Under the pieces are notes generated by a model that was not told the origin of the DNA, made no database searches, and was given only the letters and a program-made list of their open reading frames with translations. From Eledone cirrhosa (taxonomy: Eukaryota), in assembly GCA_964016885.1 (NCBI GenBank), contig OZ024750.1, positions 55,056,001-55,120,000 on the forward strand: DNA of 64,000 nt. The letters run 5' to 3'. The position numbers and the translations under genes were made by a program. Every line of letters begins with the position of its first letter. Position 1 is the stretch's first letter. Of the stretch, positions 52,606-64,000 are shown one piece after another.

Positions 52606-53550
52606 CCTGTATATATCTTTTTATCATTATCCTTTTCTCAAATATAGACAAATTACGACACACACACACAAATATTATGCATGGATATGTTACCTGGAAG
52701 CTGGAGAGTGAGAATAATATAGAGGATAAAAGTCTATCTTCAGCAACAAGTGCTATATTGTCTCCCATGTTGAAAGATTATTTTACAATATAAGAACTTG
52801 AAACTAAGACTAACTGAGTCACAGAATAGATAGGGATGTACACAAAAGACCTAGATGTGAAAAGAAGTGGAAATTGTGCAGATTGAACATTGAAGATGTG
52901 ACCGATGTGAAGAAGCTGTGGAAAGATGTGGCGAAAAGTGTGAAGAATGCAATCCCTAGAAAGGTCATCCCCGAGAGTAAACATTGGGAGTTACAGCAAA
53001 CGTTTTAAGACATAGAAAGAGTAGTTGTGGATTGTTCCGGTGAAAAGCAATGAATCGGAAGCATAACAGACGACGCCCAGCAGTTGGAGTTCGCTGCCAA
53101 GCAGATACCAATATAATATTATATATTAGGGAATCAGATAGGTTGTCTTTATTTCCTGTTGTTTTATTGCAAAAGCGTATCCTTGAAAGTGAGAGACAAT
53201 ATAGCGTTTGTTGGTGAAGATAATATAATTTGTTTATCTATATTACTCTCTATGCAGAAATAAGGAAACATTTGCACATGGTCGACCCTGACTATACGTT
53301 CATATTAGTTGTGAAGCTTTGCTTTAGAGAAATAGAAAGAAGACGACTATATTTGTAATTCGAAGTATAATCGATGTAAGTATGATAAAAAATATTTGAA
53401 ACATTGGAGATGATGTGCATCTAAATACTAAGCATATACAGATGCACACATAAGTGAAAAGGAACACAAGCACACACAAATAGATGGATAGCTGCACACA
53501 CATGCATACATATCTACCTAGTTGATGTTTAAATTTCAACAAGTCTTATC

Positions 53551-55140
53551 TTCATCACTTTACGTCCGCTTTTCCTTGCTTGCAAGGGTGGGACGAACCT
53601 ATTGAGCACAGTATCTCTCCACTTGTCACGGTCCTTCGTCATCTCCTCATTGAGCTTTAGAGATTTGAGGTCTGCTCACACCAGCTCCGCCCGTATTTTT
53701 CGTGGTCTTCCTCTACTGCGTTGTCCTTCTACTGGGATTTCTTGGCACTTCTTTACCTAGGTGTCATCCTCCATGCGCATCACATGTCTATACCAACATA
53801 GTCTTCTCTCCTGCACACTACAACTTATCCCAGTTAAACAGTTTCTCCCTGAAGTCCTCCATGCCTAGTCGTTCATTTCTCTCCAGCCATCGCATATCCT
53901 CTGCAGTTGCTGCCCAAGTCTCACTATCATGCAGCATCGCGCATCTCACACAGTCATCATATAACCATCCTTTCGTACGCAGGGAGAAATCCTTCTTTGT
54001 CAACAGAGGAAGCAGCTCCCTAAATTTCTTCCGACCTGTCCTTATTCTAGATATTATGGTCTCGGAACACCCCTCCCATTCTAATCAGATCACCTAGGTA
54101 GCGGAAGCTATCACCCACTTCTTTAGAACCCACCTTCATGTGGTAAATGTGTCTATCACTGCGTCTTCTACTGTCAAGTTCTGTACAACTACTGCATACG
54201 TATTTCTCTCTACTTGTTAGTTTGCCTGCTATCCCACTACATCTCTTGTGTACCCAGGATCTGCATTGTGTACATTTTATAGAATTTATCCCAACTCCTT
54301 TTCTACATATTGAACATGACCATTTCCCTGATGGAATCAGAGTTTTGTCCTCTTCTCTACTTATCAATACTTTTGTCTTAGCTAGGTTCACTCTCAGTCC
54401 TCTTGATTCCAACTGATTTTTCCATAGACAGAATTTCTTCTCTAGTTCCTCTACTGAATCTGCTATAAGTACCAGATCGTCAGCCTAGAGAAGTTCCCAT
54501 GGGCAGTCAGTCTTAAACTCGTGTTATGGCTTGGAGAATTATAATGAACAAGATCGGGCTGAGGACAGAGCCCTGATGCACTCCTACTTGTATCTGGAAT
54601 TCCTCATTAAACTCCATTACTTCTCTCACTTTACTGACAGAACCTCTGTACTTAGCTTGCACTGTCCTCACAAGCCATTCCTCTACACCTATTTTCCTTA
54701 GAGACCACCAGATGACAGATCGTGGTACACTATCAAAGACCTCCTCTAAGTCATCAAAAGCTAAGTATAGTGGCTTATTCTTCTCTAAGAACCTCTCTTG
54801 TAGTTGTATCACTAAGAAGAGGGCATCTGTTGTACTTTTCCCAGGCATAAAACCAAACTGCATCTCATTTAGTTTGGCCCTTTCTCTAATTAGTTGCAAT
54901 AGTATTCTTTCTGTCACTTTCATAACCGGATCCATCAGTTTGATGCCCCTATAATTGCTCATTTCCAGAGCATCCCTTTCTACCTTTGTCGCAATTTATA
55001 AGAATACTGCAGCACCAGTCTTTGGGTATGACTCAGCCATATATATAACTTGATTGACGATGCGTGCAACCAGTTTAGTAGCTACTTTTGATGCCCTAAC
55101 CCTATATTCGTCTTTGTGAATAGCTGGTCCCTCTATCGGA
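53551..55140 (-). mobile_element. Old degraded RTE family-b LINE
   Basis: NYRGIKL, QFGF, GVHQGSVLSP and PHD-like Cys motif, with many stops and deletions; 3' end like 6193-6260. Confidence 0.9.
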
Positions 55141-56331
55141 TAATAATTTGTGAAAAAATGAAAGAAGAAAACACACACATACACTCTCTCACTCACATGA
55201 ACAGACATTGAGCACTAAATATCTATTTGTTTTTAATATATAATTTCAATAATAATTAATTGCTAAGATGGATTACATTGCCACCGGTTATATTTTATAT
55301 ATTTCCTAAAACTCGTTTGTTTAAAAAGCTTATTTTTTTTTTCTTTTTACTCTGACATTTTGACTTGTAGCTCTGATAAGTTGAGCTAGATTGCCAGCGT
55401 TGAAATAGTTGCGCTTTAGTTTTGATGTGGGGGTATAGTATATTGTCATGTATGTATATACTTATGTGTACATATATCTATATATGTATGTATGTATACA
55501 CGTGTATGTATATCTATATGTATATCTACATATATATATATATGTTATTGTGTATAGTGTTTGTGTGTTTACATAAGACTACAAATCTGTTTATGCAGCA
55601 TTCCAATTAGCAAAGGGAGATTACTCTACAATATTTTAATAAAATTATTGGAGTTGTTTCCCTTTTATCCGGAAATGTTGTCGTTTGATAAAACTGTGAT
55701 TGAATTTATGCCTTGTTAAGGCTGGTTCGGTCTCAGTCAGTGCTAATTGTATGCTGTTAAAAGAAAGATATTTCATGTGACATAATTACTGCAACAGGTT
55801 AGGTATTTTCAAGGTTTGGGGTTGTATTTTATTGTTTAAATATGATTGTCACTTAGATAAGACAGGATTCATCAATTTGTAGAAGAATTGATAGGGTTAA
55901 GTTTTAATTTTTGGGTGGGTGTGTATATATGAAACTGAATAGCTATTTATATACATGATCTGTTGATTCTCTATCCTTCTTTCTCATAAATATAGACATA
56001 GAAATTACGATATACAAGTACACACATACATGCATACACTCACACACACACATATATTTCACATTGTTCTGATCAAAATATTTAATTTCTTCACAGAATA
56101 ATAAATCATGTTTTAGTTTTTGCTGGTGTTGTTTGGATTGGCGGTGTTGTTGTGAGTGGTGGCGGTGTTTGTGTTGTTGTTGTTACACATACACACACAT
56201 ACCCACACTGACTGGCAAAACTTCTTTCATCTCAATGAAATTTCCGCCCAAACAACTACTACCACCTCCATCCCCACCACGAGGTTCACAATTATACACA
56301 CACACACAGATTCATACATACACACATGTGT

Positions 56332-56752
56332 GAGATGGTAGTGAGACATGGGCAGCAACTGCAGAAGATATGCGACGGCTAGAGAGAAATGAAGCAAGCA
56401 TGCTCCATTGGATGTGCAATGCCAAAGTGCGTGAACGACCAAGCATAGACGAGTTGAGAAAGAAACTGGGTATAAGAGGGATAAGTTGTGGTGTGCAGGA
56501 GAGAAGGCTGAGATGGTATGGACATGTGATGCGAATGTAGGATGACCGCCGGCTAAAGAAGTGCCAAGAAATCCCAGTAGAAGGAAGACGCAGTAGAGGT
56601 AGACCACGAAAAACATGGGCGGAGGTGGTGAGAGCAGACCTCAAATCTCAGCGTGGAGATGACGAAGGACCGTGACAAGTGGAGAGATGCTGTGCTGAAT
56701 AGCACCCGTCCAACCCTTGCAAGCAGGGAAAAGCGGACGTAAAATGATGACG
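56332..56752 (+). mobile_element. RTE family-b 3' fragment
   Basis: GSETWAATAEDMRRLERNE..RRLRWYGHVMR; ends gcaagcagggaaaagcggacgtaaaatgatgacgat. Confidence 0.9.
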
Positions 56753-56814
56753 ATATTAGTGGGTGTGTGTTCATAATCACTCACGGGAAGTCAAATGGCT
56801 GCAGGTCAGTCAGA

Positions 56815-56985
56815 TTTATATTTAATTTATTTCTTAAAAAATAAAATTTGTTTAATTTATTTCTTTAAAAAAAGTTCAATTTAATTTTTTTCTTAAAAAA
56901 TAAAAAGTTTAATTTCATTTATTTCTTAAAAAAAAAATTAAATATAATTAATTTCTTCAAAAAAAAGCTTTGTTAAATTTATTTT
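56815..56985. repeat. AT-rich degenerate tandem repeat (ttaatttatttcttaaaaaa)
   Basis: Several imperfect ~30 bp units are visible. Confidence 0.7.
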
Positions 56986-57139
56986 TACGTTTTGTATTGG
57001 GGAAAAATTTTCCATTTAATTAATTTCATCATTTTGTTGTATATACACACATGCATATATACAATTGTTATATATATATATATGAAATGTCATATAAGGT
57101 GGGAGTTATTAGAATACTTTGCAGTATTCCTTTTTGTTC

Positions 57140-57228
57140 TATGCTCTCTGAGTTGAAATCCCGCCGAGGTCAATTTTGCCTTTCATCCCTTGGAAGTTGA
57201 TAAAAAAAGTACCAGTGAAATACTGATG
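57140..57228 (+). mobile_element. Degraded SINE fragment (B-box-like motif + conserved central domain)
   Basis: gagttgaaatcccgccgaggtcaattttgcctttcatccc..gataaa..gtaccagt resembles a widespread metazoan SINE body. Confidence 0.5.
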
Positions 57229-57689
57229 TGAATTCTTCCTCTCTTTATTTTTCTCACTTTATCTTTTTATGAATAAAAGTACCAGTCAAATACTGGGTTC
57301 CTCTCTTCTCTGTGTTTCCTCTCTTCCCTGTCTATCTTTCTGGAAGAATTTGCTATTTTTAGAACTGGAGGGGGTGGGATTTGTTAGGGATTAAGGTTAG
57401 AAAATGAAAGATATATATGTATATATATGTATAATATGTGTGTTGATGAAATTATGTTGGTGTTGGTGGTGGTAAAAATTGTTTTGCAAGATTTATCTGG
57501 AAAAATCTGTTGAATTATATTGTTTTGTTTTCACTTTGATTTATTATATAATTATGGTTGGTTGGTTGTCTCTCTCGTGGTTACTGGTATTGTCTCTCTG
57601 TTCTCTCGTTTGACAAACGACTTTATAAAAGCTGACTCAATATTGTTCAATGTTTTACTGCTACTTTAAGAGACGGGTGGGCAAAGGGG

Positions 57690-57953
57690 GACAATAATAT
57701 CTGCTTACACACCCCAATGTTGACTGCCTGGCGTTATTAAAGACAGATTCTATGAGTCGCTAATGCTCACTACCTCCCAACTAACCGACAGTGACAACAT
57801 AATTGTTGGCGACCTAAATGGTCATGTTGGACAACATTGTGATAGCTATGATGGAATCCATGGTGGCTACAGGTTTGGTACCAGAAATGAGGAAGGCTTT
57901 AGAATCCTGGAATTCTGTAACTCTAATAACCTAACTATCTGTAACACAAACTT
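57690..57953 (+). mobile_element. RTE APE endonuclease fragment cut by the array junction
   Basis: IISAYTPQ..DRFYESL..GDLNGHVG..RNEEGFRILEFC..ICNTNF, homologous to 8461-8718. Confidence 0.88.
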
Positions 57954-58651
57954 TGTTTGTTGTTCTTTTATTTTACGTAAACATTTCGCTGCTCTAGCCT
58001 CTTATTTCCTATTAGATTACACTTAATTCCATTAAACATTCATTCTTAGTCTCGTGGTAAACTATTTCATCTATATTTATATCGCTGTTACAGCCTTTTA
58101 TTTCTACATCTATCACCTATAGCCACTGTTACGCCGGTAGTATAAGTAGCTTTATAACAAGAAACGATGATATAACTCCACAAAATGTCTTCTTGAGCAA
58201 GACACTTCACCTCATATTGCTCCAGTACACCGAGTTACACATAGACAGATACATACATACACATATATATGTACACAGATAGAAATAAGAGGGAGATAGA
58301 GTAAAAGATGTAAAGATAGTGTAAAAGATTTAAAGAGAGGGTGAGAGTGTGACACACATTTATCTGTCTATCTCTCTCTATTTTAACACCGGTCGTTATA
58401 ATTAGTTTTATAACACCGCTATATTACCGACATGAAAGAGGTAAATAATTATTTCTTAAATGTTTAGAACATGTTTCTCTTGTCTTCTTAAATGTATAGA
58501 ACATGTTTCTTATTTATATTCTTAACATAGCTAGGACCTTATCTCATTTACTGGTCTCTACTTTTAGGGCTTTGCTGGTCCCATGTGCCCTCCATGAAGA
58601 CACACTCGCCCCTTCTCTCTCAGTCTCCGTACTAATTACTACACATACGTA

Positions 58652-60876
58652 TATATATTTATTTTAAGAAACCTTAATGACAAATAATATAAAGTGTTTG
58701 TAAAGTGGGGAAGAGTAGTTTTACGGTGGGGTTGTTATATAGATATCGTTTTTGCAGTGGGGTCGTGACTGGCGTATAATAATGAGTCACTGTTGATGTA
58801 TATACAAATCATATTTTGGATATAAGTGAAGTTATTTAAGAGATTTAGTTGTTTTGTATACATTCCAGTTGTTGTCTCCCTGTTTCTTCTTCAACAACTA
58901 TAACGGTACGCGATGGGGCCCACCCACAGCCCCGGCGGACAGAATGGAGAAGGCGTTTCCCCGGAGCACGGCAAGGGAGACGCGCTGGAAAAGCCACTCC
59001 AACTCGCGGGGCTCACACCTGCGACTGGCCAGCTCAGCGCCTATGGTGGTGAGTAAGGAGGTAGCCCTGGGGTCGAGGACACCAGAAGTCTCCACTTCCA
59101 GGGGTACGACCGCAAACCTGTCGGAGAGTGAACGATATGTGAGGAGTTTGGCCCTCTCAGCCTGACGTGCAGCAGAACCTGGGCCAGTCGCAGACTGCAC
59201 CAGGTTGCGGCTGCAGAAAGTGTCGGTGCAAGTGGCATCCCAGACGAGGGGTTTGCCACCGCGGAACGGGAAGATGGTCATGCCATCTGGCCTTTTGCCG
59301 TCCCCTGGAGCTGGGAAGGGAAGCCTGCAGCGTCCAAGCCATGCTTAATGATTTCGTTGAGGGCAGCATGGCGTGGATTGCGGCTGGCACTGTGGCGACA
59401 GGAAAGCGGGTGGAGGCCGAAAGAGTCCATGGTGGAACGGCAGCGACATTGGTGTGAGGCCGAGCCTCAGGGAAACGCCGATGCGCAAGCTATGGTTGTC
59501 TAGCTGCGTGCGAGTGGAGAAGGAGGGCAGGGCATGGAGCCAGGCCCCACTGTGGGGTTTGGAGGCCGCACGAAAACAAACAAGGCGGTGCTGGTCGAGC
59601 TGGCACGTGAGCCTGTCTGAGGCCAGGCTGCACTGGATGGCATCCCAAGTGTGTTGGGGGGACTTGACGTCAACAGGGGGAGAAGGAGGAGGAACGTCTA
59701 CTGGGCTAAGTCCCAGCCGGTGCCACATCTCACAGGCGGCCACGCGTTCTCTGAACACAGAGGGTTCTGTTGTGTTTTGAAGAACCCTGCTGAGGTGGAC
59801 GTGGTACGAGGTTACCGACGAAAGATACGCCGGCAAAGCTAGTGAGATCGGGGACTGGAGGCGAAGGTCGCCATACCTGATAGGTAAAGTTGCATATCTC
59901 ATCGGCTGCTGCTCGGATACAAGTCTGGGTGTAGCACAGAGTGTATAGAGGAGCTTCGGCATGGCGTAGCAGTTCCTCAGCAGAAAGAGAACTGGGTGGC
60001 CATCAATCAAGCCCAGTCGGCTCGTGAGAGTCTGAACTTGATGGTGGAGCGGATGGCCGGCGGGTGGATCGGTGAGGGCATCCTCTTTGGGGGTCACCTG
60101 AACCTGGCGGAGAATGGACCGCACGTCCAAGACGGAGATTGCAAAGCTTGCAGCATCGAGGCTGACATTCACCACCTCCGACTTGGCTGAGTTGACCTGG
60201 AGGTCGATTCCCGCCAGGGCAGGAACCACCGATTGAAGGTCATGGCAGACCGCCTGTACGGGCCCACCCAAAGTAGCATCATCCAGATACCAAACGTTGA
60301 GAGGGGCCGTTATACTCCGGGCGATGTGGTCAATACCAAGGGTGAACAGGAGGGGTCCCAAAGGGTTGCCCTGTTGGATCCCAGTAGCCAAGGGTATGAC
60401 CGTATCAGCAGCATGTCGCATGCTCGGGGCTCCATATGACAGCTAGGCAGAGGGGGCTCGGCTGAGGCAGGCCTCGAGCAGATGATCCCAGCGTAAAGAG
60501 TTGAAGGCATTCCTCATGTCAAACTTGACAATGAGGTGGCTGGAGTCCCTGGATGCCGGTTCCGAGTGTTACGGACTTGCAGGTTACCTTGGCAGCCAGC
60601 CTCCGGAAGACATTGCCCACAGCAATGGGGCGTATGCCACCCTCTTTCTTCCTGAGAGCGGTGAAGCTGGCTGAAAAAAAGAGGCCTCGAGCATAAGAGT
60701 CCAGGGCGCCATGGATGAGCCTATTGGTGAGCGCCACAATTGCACTCAGAAGGCGGCGCCCGGCCTCAGCGGAGAGGGGAGATGTCAACTCCTTGAGGAG
60801 GCCTGGTCAGAGGCCATCAACATCACCGCAGCTGCTAGCTGGGAAGGACCTGATGGCGGACATGATGTCTGCATCA
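58652..60876 (-). mobile_element. CRE-like remnant, copy H (type 1)
   Basis: 358-aa and 127-aa ORFs as in copy B. Confidence 0.88.
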
Positions 60877-61530
60877 GAAGCCACAAGGAGCAAGTGTGGA
60901 TTACAATACAAAACCTCTGAGAATGATTTCTAAGATATTTCACCATAATTAATTTTCATCAATATATATTAATATTATTATTGTTTATTAGGTCAGGTGG
61001 ATTGGCCAGAACAATTCTACTCTTCTTTTTTAGATGTCACGATTTTTCATGGCATTCCTGAGATCATTAATCTCCAGCTGGAGATCCAGAGACATCTGAT
61101 GTATGTAGGTGAACCTCAGTCATCCCACTTGGGTCTTACTATGTTTAGGTATCCACCACAGGAGCCAGCTCATCAGGTCATCCTACCCTCAGCAGCAATG
61201 TCCAGCATCTATTGATTTCCGCTCCCTAGTTATTGTGGTAATCTTCGATATCTGGGAATATATTTCTTCTGCTTAAGGGAGTAATAAATATATAGTTTTA
61301 AAAAAAACATATATATACACACACATATATATATGTTGTCATTTATAAGAGTTCTCTATCAAAAGCCTTCTCTATGTCCAAAGCTAAGTATAGTGGCTTA
61401 TTTTTCTCTAAGAACCTCTTTTGTAGTTGTCTCACTAAGAAGAGGGCATCTGTTGCACTTTTCAGCGGCACAAAACCAAACTGCATCTCATACATATACA
61501 TACATACATACATATACACATACATACATA

Positions 61531-61882
61531 CATCATCATCATCATCATCATCATTTCGTTTTAAGTCCGCTTTTTCCCTGCTTGCAAGGGTGGGACGGGA
61601 ACTGATTCTGGCTTGATTTCTACAGCTGGATGCCCTTCCTAACACCAACCTCATTTACAGTGAGTGCTGAGTGCTTTTTTGCCGTGGCACCTCCACGACC
61701 ACTTTGCAGTGGAATGATATGGACCCCAGTCCCTATCATCTCATTTCTACAGCTGAGTAAACTGGAGCAATGTGAAATAAAGTGTCTTGCTCAAGGAAAC
61801 AACACATCACCCGGTCTGAGAATTGAACTCACAACCTTTCGATTGCCAGGCCAATGCTCGAACCTCTAAGCCATGTGCCTCC
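61531..61882 (-). mobile_element. tRNA-derived SINE
   Basis: Copy of 16000-16351. Confidence 0.88.
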
Positions 61883-62389
61883 ATATACATATACATATAC
61901 ATACACATACATATACATACATATATATATACATACATACATATATACACATACATACATACACATACATACACATATACATACATATATATACATACAT
62001 ACACATACATAGATATATATATATACATAATATAAATATACACACATACTCATACATAAGCATATACACATAAGTATATTTACATATACACACGTATATA
62101 TACATATACATACATACATATATACACATACATACATATATACATACATACACACATATACATACATATATACATATACACATACATACATATACATACA
62201 TATACACATACATATATATATATATACATACACACACATATATACATACACACACATATATACAAACACATACATATACACATATATACACATACATACA
62301 CATACATATACATACATATACACATATACACTCATATATACATATACATACATACACACACATACATACATATATACATATACATACAT

Positions 62390-62938
62390 AAAGACAAATC
62401 CACCTCATGGACGAGAATGCAAGGGCTCCTCCTCTTTGTTTCGGCCGCGGATGGCTAACCCTAACCCCATCCCCGCTCCCCACTGCTCCCAACCTCCAAA
62501 CGCAATCCAAAACTTCAGAGTTGGTACCATTAATGTAGGCACCTTATAGGGTGGCTCTAACGAGGTTGTAGAAATGCTTGAACGTAAGGAGGTCGATGTT
62601 TGTTGTATTCAAGAGACCAGGTGGAGGGGTGGGTCTGCTAGATTCATCGTGGGTAAAGAACGATGCTATACGCTTTTCTGTGTGGCAAATGACAATGGGC
62701 TGGGTATACACATACCACCCCACCTCCCCACCGCAAAGTGGTCGTGGAGGCGCCGCGGCCAAAAAGCACCCAGCCCACACTGTAAAGCTGACGTGGAGGT
62801 GCCACGGAAAAAAAAAAGCACCCAGCACTCACTGCAAACGGGGTTGGCGTCAGGAAGGGCACCCAGCTGTAGAAACCAATCCAGAATCAGCTCCCACCCC
62901 ACCCTTGCAAGCATGGAAAAGCGGACGTATGATGAAGT

Positions 62939-62942
<4 letters not shown>
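62390..62942 (+). mobile_element. Bipartite non-autonomous RTE
   Basis: Copy of 16843-17395. Confidence 0.85.
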
Positions 62943-63015
<73 letters not shown>

Positions 63016-64000
63016 TATATATATACACATATATATATACACACATATATATCAGTGTACATATATATATACATATATATATATATATAAATGAATATTT
63101 ATTCAATTTAAAGCGCCAATTATCTATATATAACAAGATATGAATTTTTCTAGGGATGGGGAAATTTTCAGTTTGTTTTTATATTTTCACTTCATTTTTT
63201 ACTTTCTATTTAATACAGTCTTTGATCCAATATAATCCTGACAGTATTTGAACCAGTTTACCTCATATATATGTATGCACACACAACACTCAAGTTTCGC
63301 CATCTACTGCTATTTCATTCATATTTATTGTTTAATTAACTCTGGTCTAATTCATCAACTATTGTTAATTATATTATTACGTAGATTTCTTATAAAATCT
63401 AGTGCATATATACGTGTATATATACAGGGAGACACTGTAATAGATGTAAAGAGAGTGGGAGATAGAGTTATAGAAGTAAAGAGAGGGGGAGAACTAAGCG
63501 GTAGATAGAGTAATAGATGTAAAGAGAGGGTTAGAACGTTCAACTTGACAGTCAGTACAGTGTTCAGCATGGTAGCCAGTACATATGCCAACTACCCAAC
63601 CGGCCAGCCAGCCGCATATGCGGTTGACTGGCCAGTTGGGCGGTTGGTATGTGGAACGTTCAACTACGCAGTCAGTACCAAAGTTCAACATTGTAGCCAG
63701 TGCATATGCCGATCGCCGCGCCCTCTTTGCTCTATTTTAATGACCTGGAACTAAGTAAAAAGAGTAGGAGATAACTCGACAAGAGCGGAGAGGGTGAGAT
63801 TCGAACCATGTAAAGTCGTTGGCTCCTGAACTTCGTAAGCGGGGCTGCTACTGACTGAGCAGCGCCGGCAGCAAGGCAAATCGCGCATAAAATAACGCTT
63901 ATATCGACAAAAAAAAAAAAAAAATTTCAATGTTGCACTCTTGTTTGTTCTTTTATTTTACGTAAACATTTCGCTGCTCTAGCCTCTTATTTCCTATTAG

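Larger units (their letters stand above)
57953..64000. repeat. Tandem macrosatellite block 2 (unit H and start of the next unit)
   Basis: From ~57953 the sequence matches ~12422 onward at an offset of ~45531 (ORF 13367 vs 58898) and runs to the window end. Confidence 0.95.

Noticed and set aside
52620-53540. Possible host exon or promoter in unique sequence
   Set aside because: No recognisable ORF, splice pattern or motif that I can support by eye.

Overview
Eukaryotic, AT-rich, microsatellite-dense DNA with no recognisable host protein-coding gene. The mix of RTE LINEs with (GAT)n tails, tRNA-headed SINEs and (TA)/(TACA) tracts suggests an animal, plausibly a cephalopod mollusc (inference only). 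Most of the window is a tandem macrosatellite with a ~5.94 kb unit, marked by 8 CRE copies named A-H plus the start of a ninth unit. Each unit is built from a decayed GC-rich CRE-like (restriction-like-endonuclease) retrotransposon, two LINE scraps, a SINE, an internally deleted 'bipartite' RTE, and a non-coding cassette holding a 72-nt hairpin and a tRNA-like Pol III motif. There are two unit haplotypes, arranged in a higher-order ~15.75 kb duplication. Its first copy carries two young RTE insertions whose empty sites are visible in the second copy. The RTE proteins carry a PHD-type C4HC3 finger inside the RT region. A non-array segment (~50.0-57.95 kb) holds a possible Helitron remnant, a MITE candidate, a CR1-group LINE fused to an RTE piece, and old RTE copies. 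All comparisons were done by eye, so boundaries are approximate.
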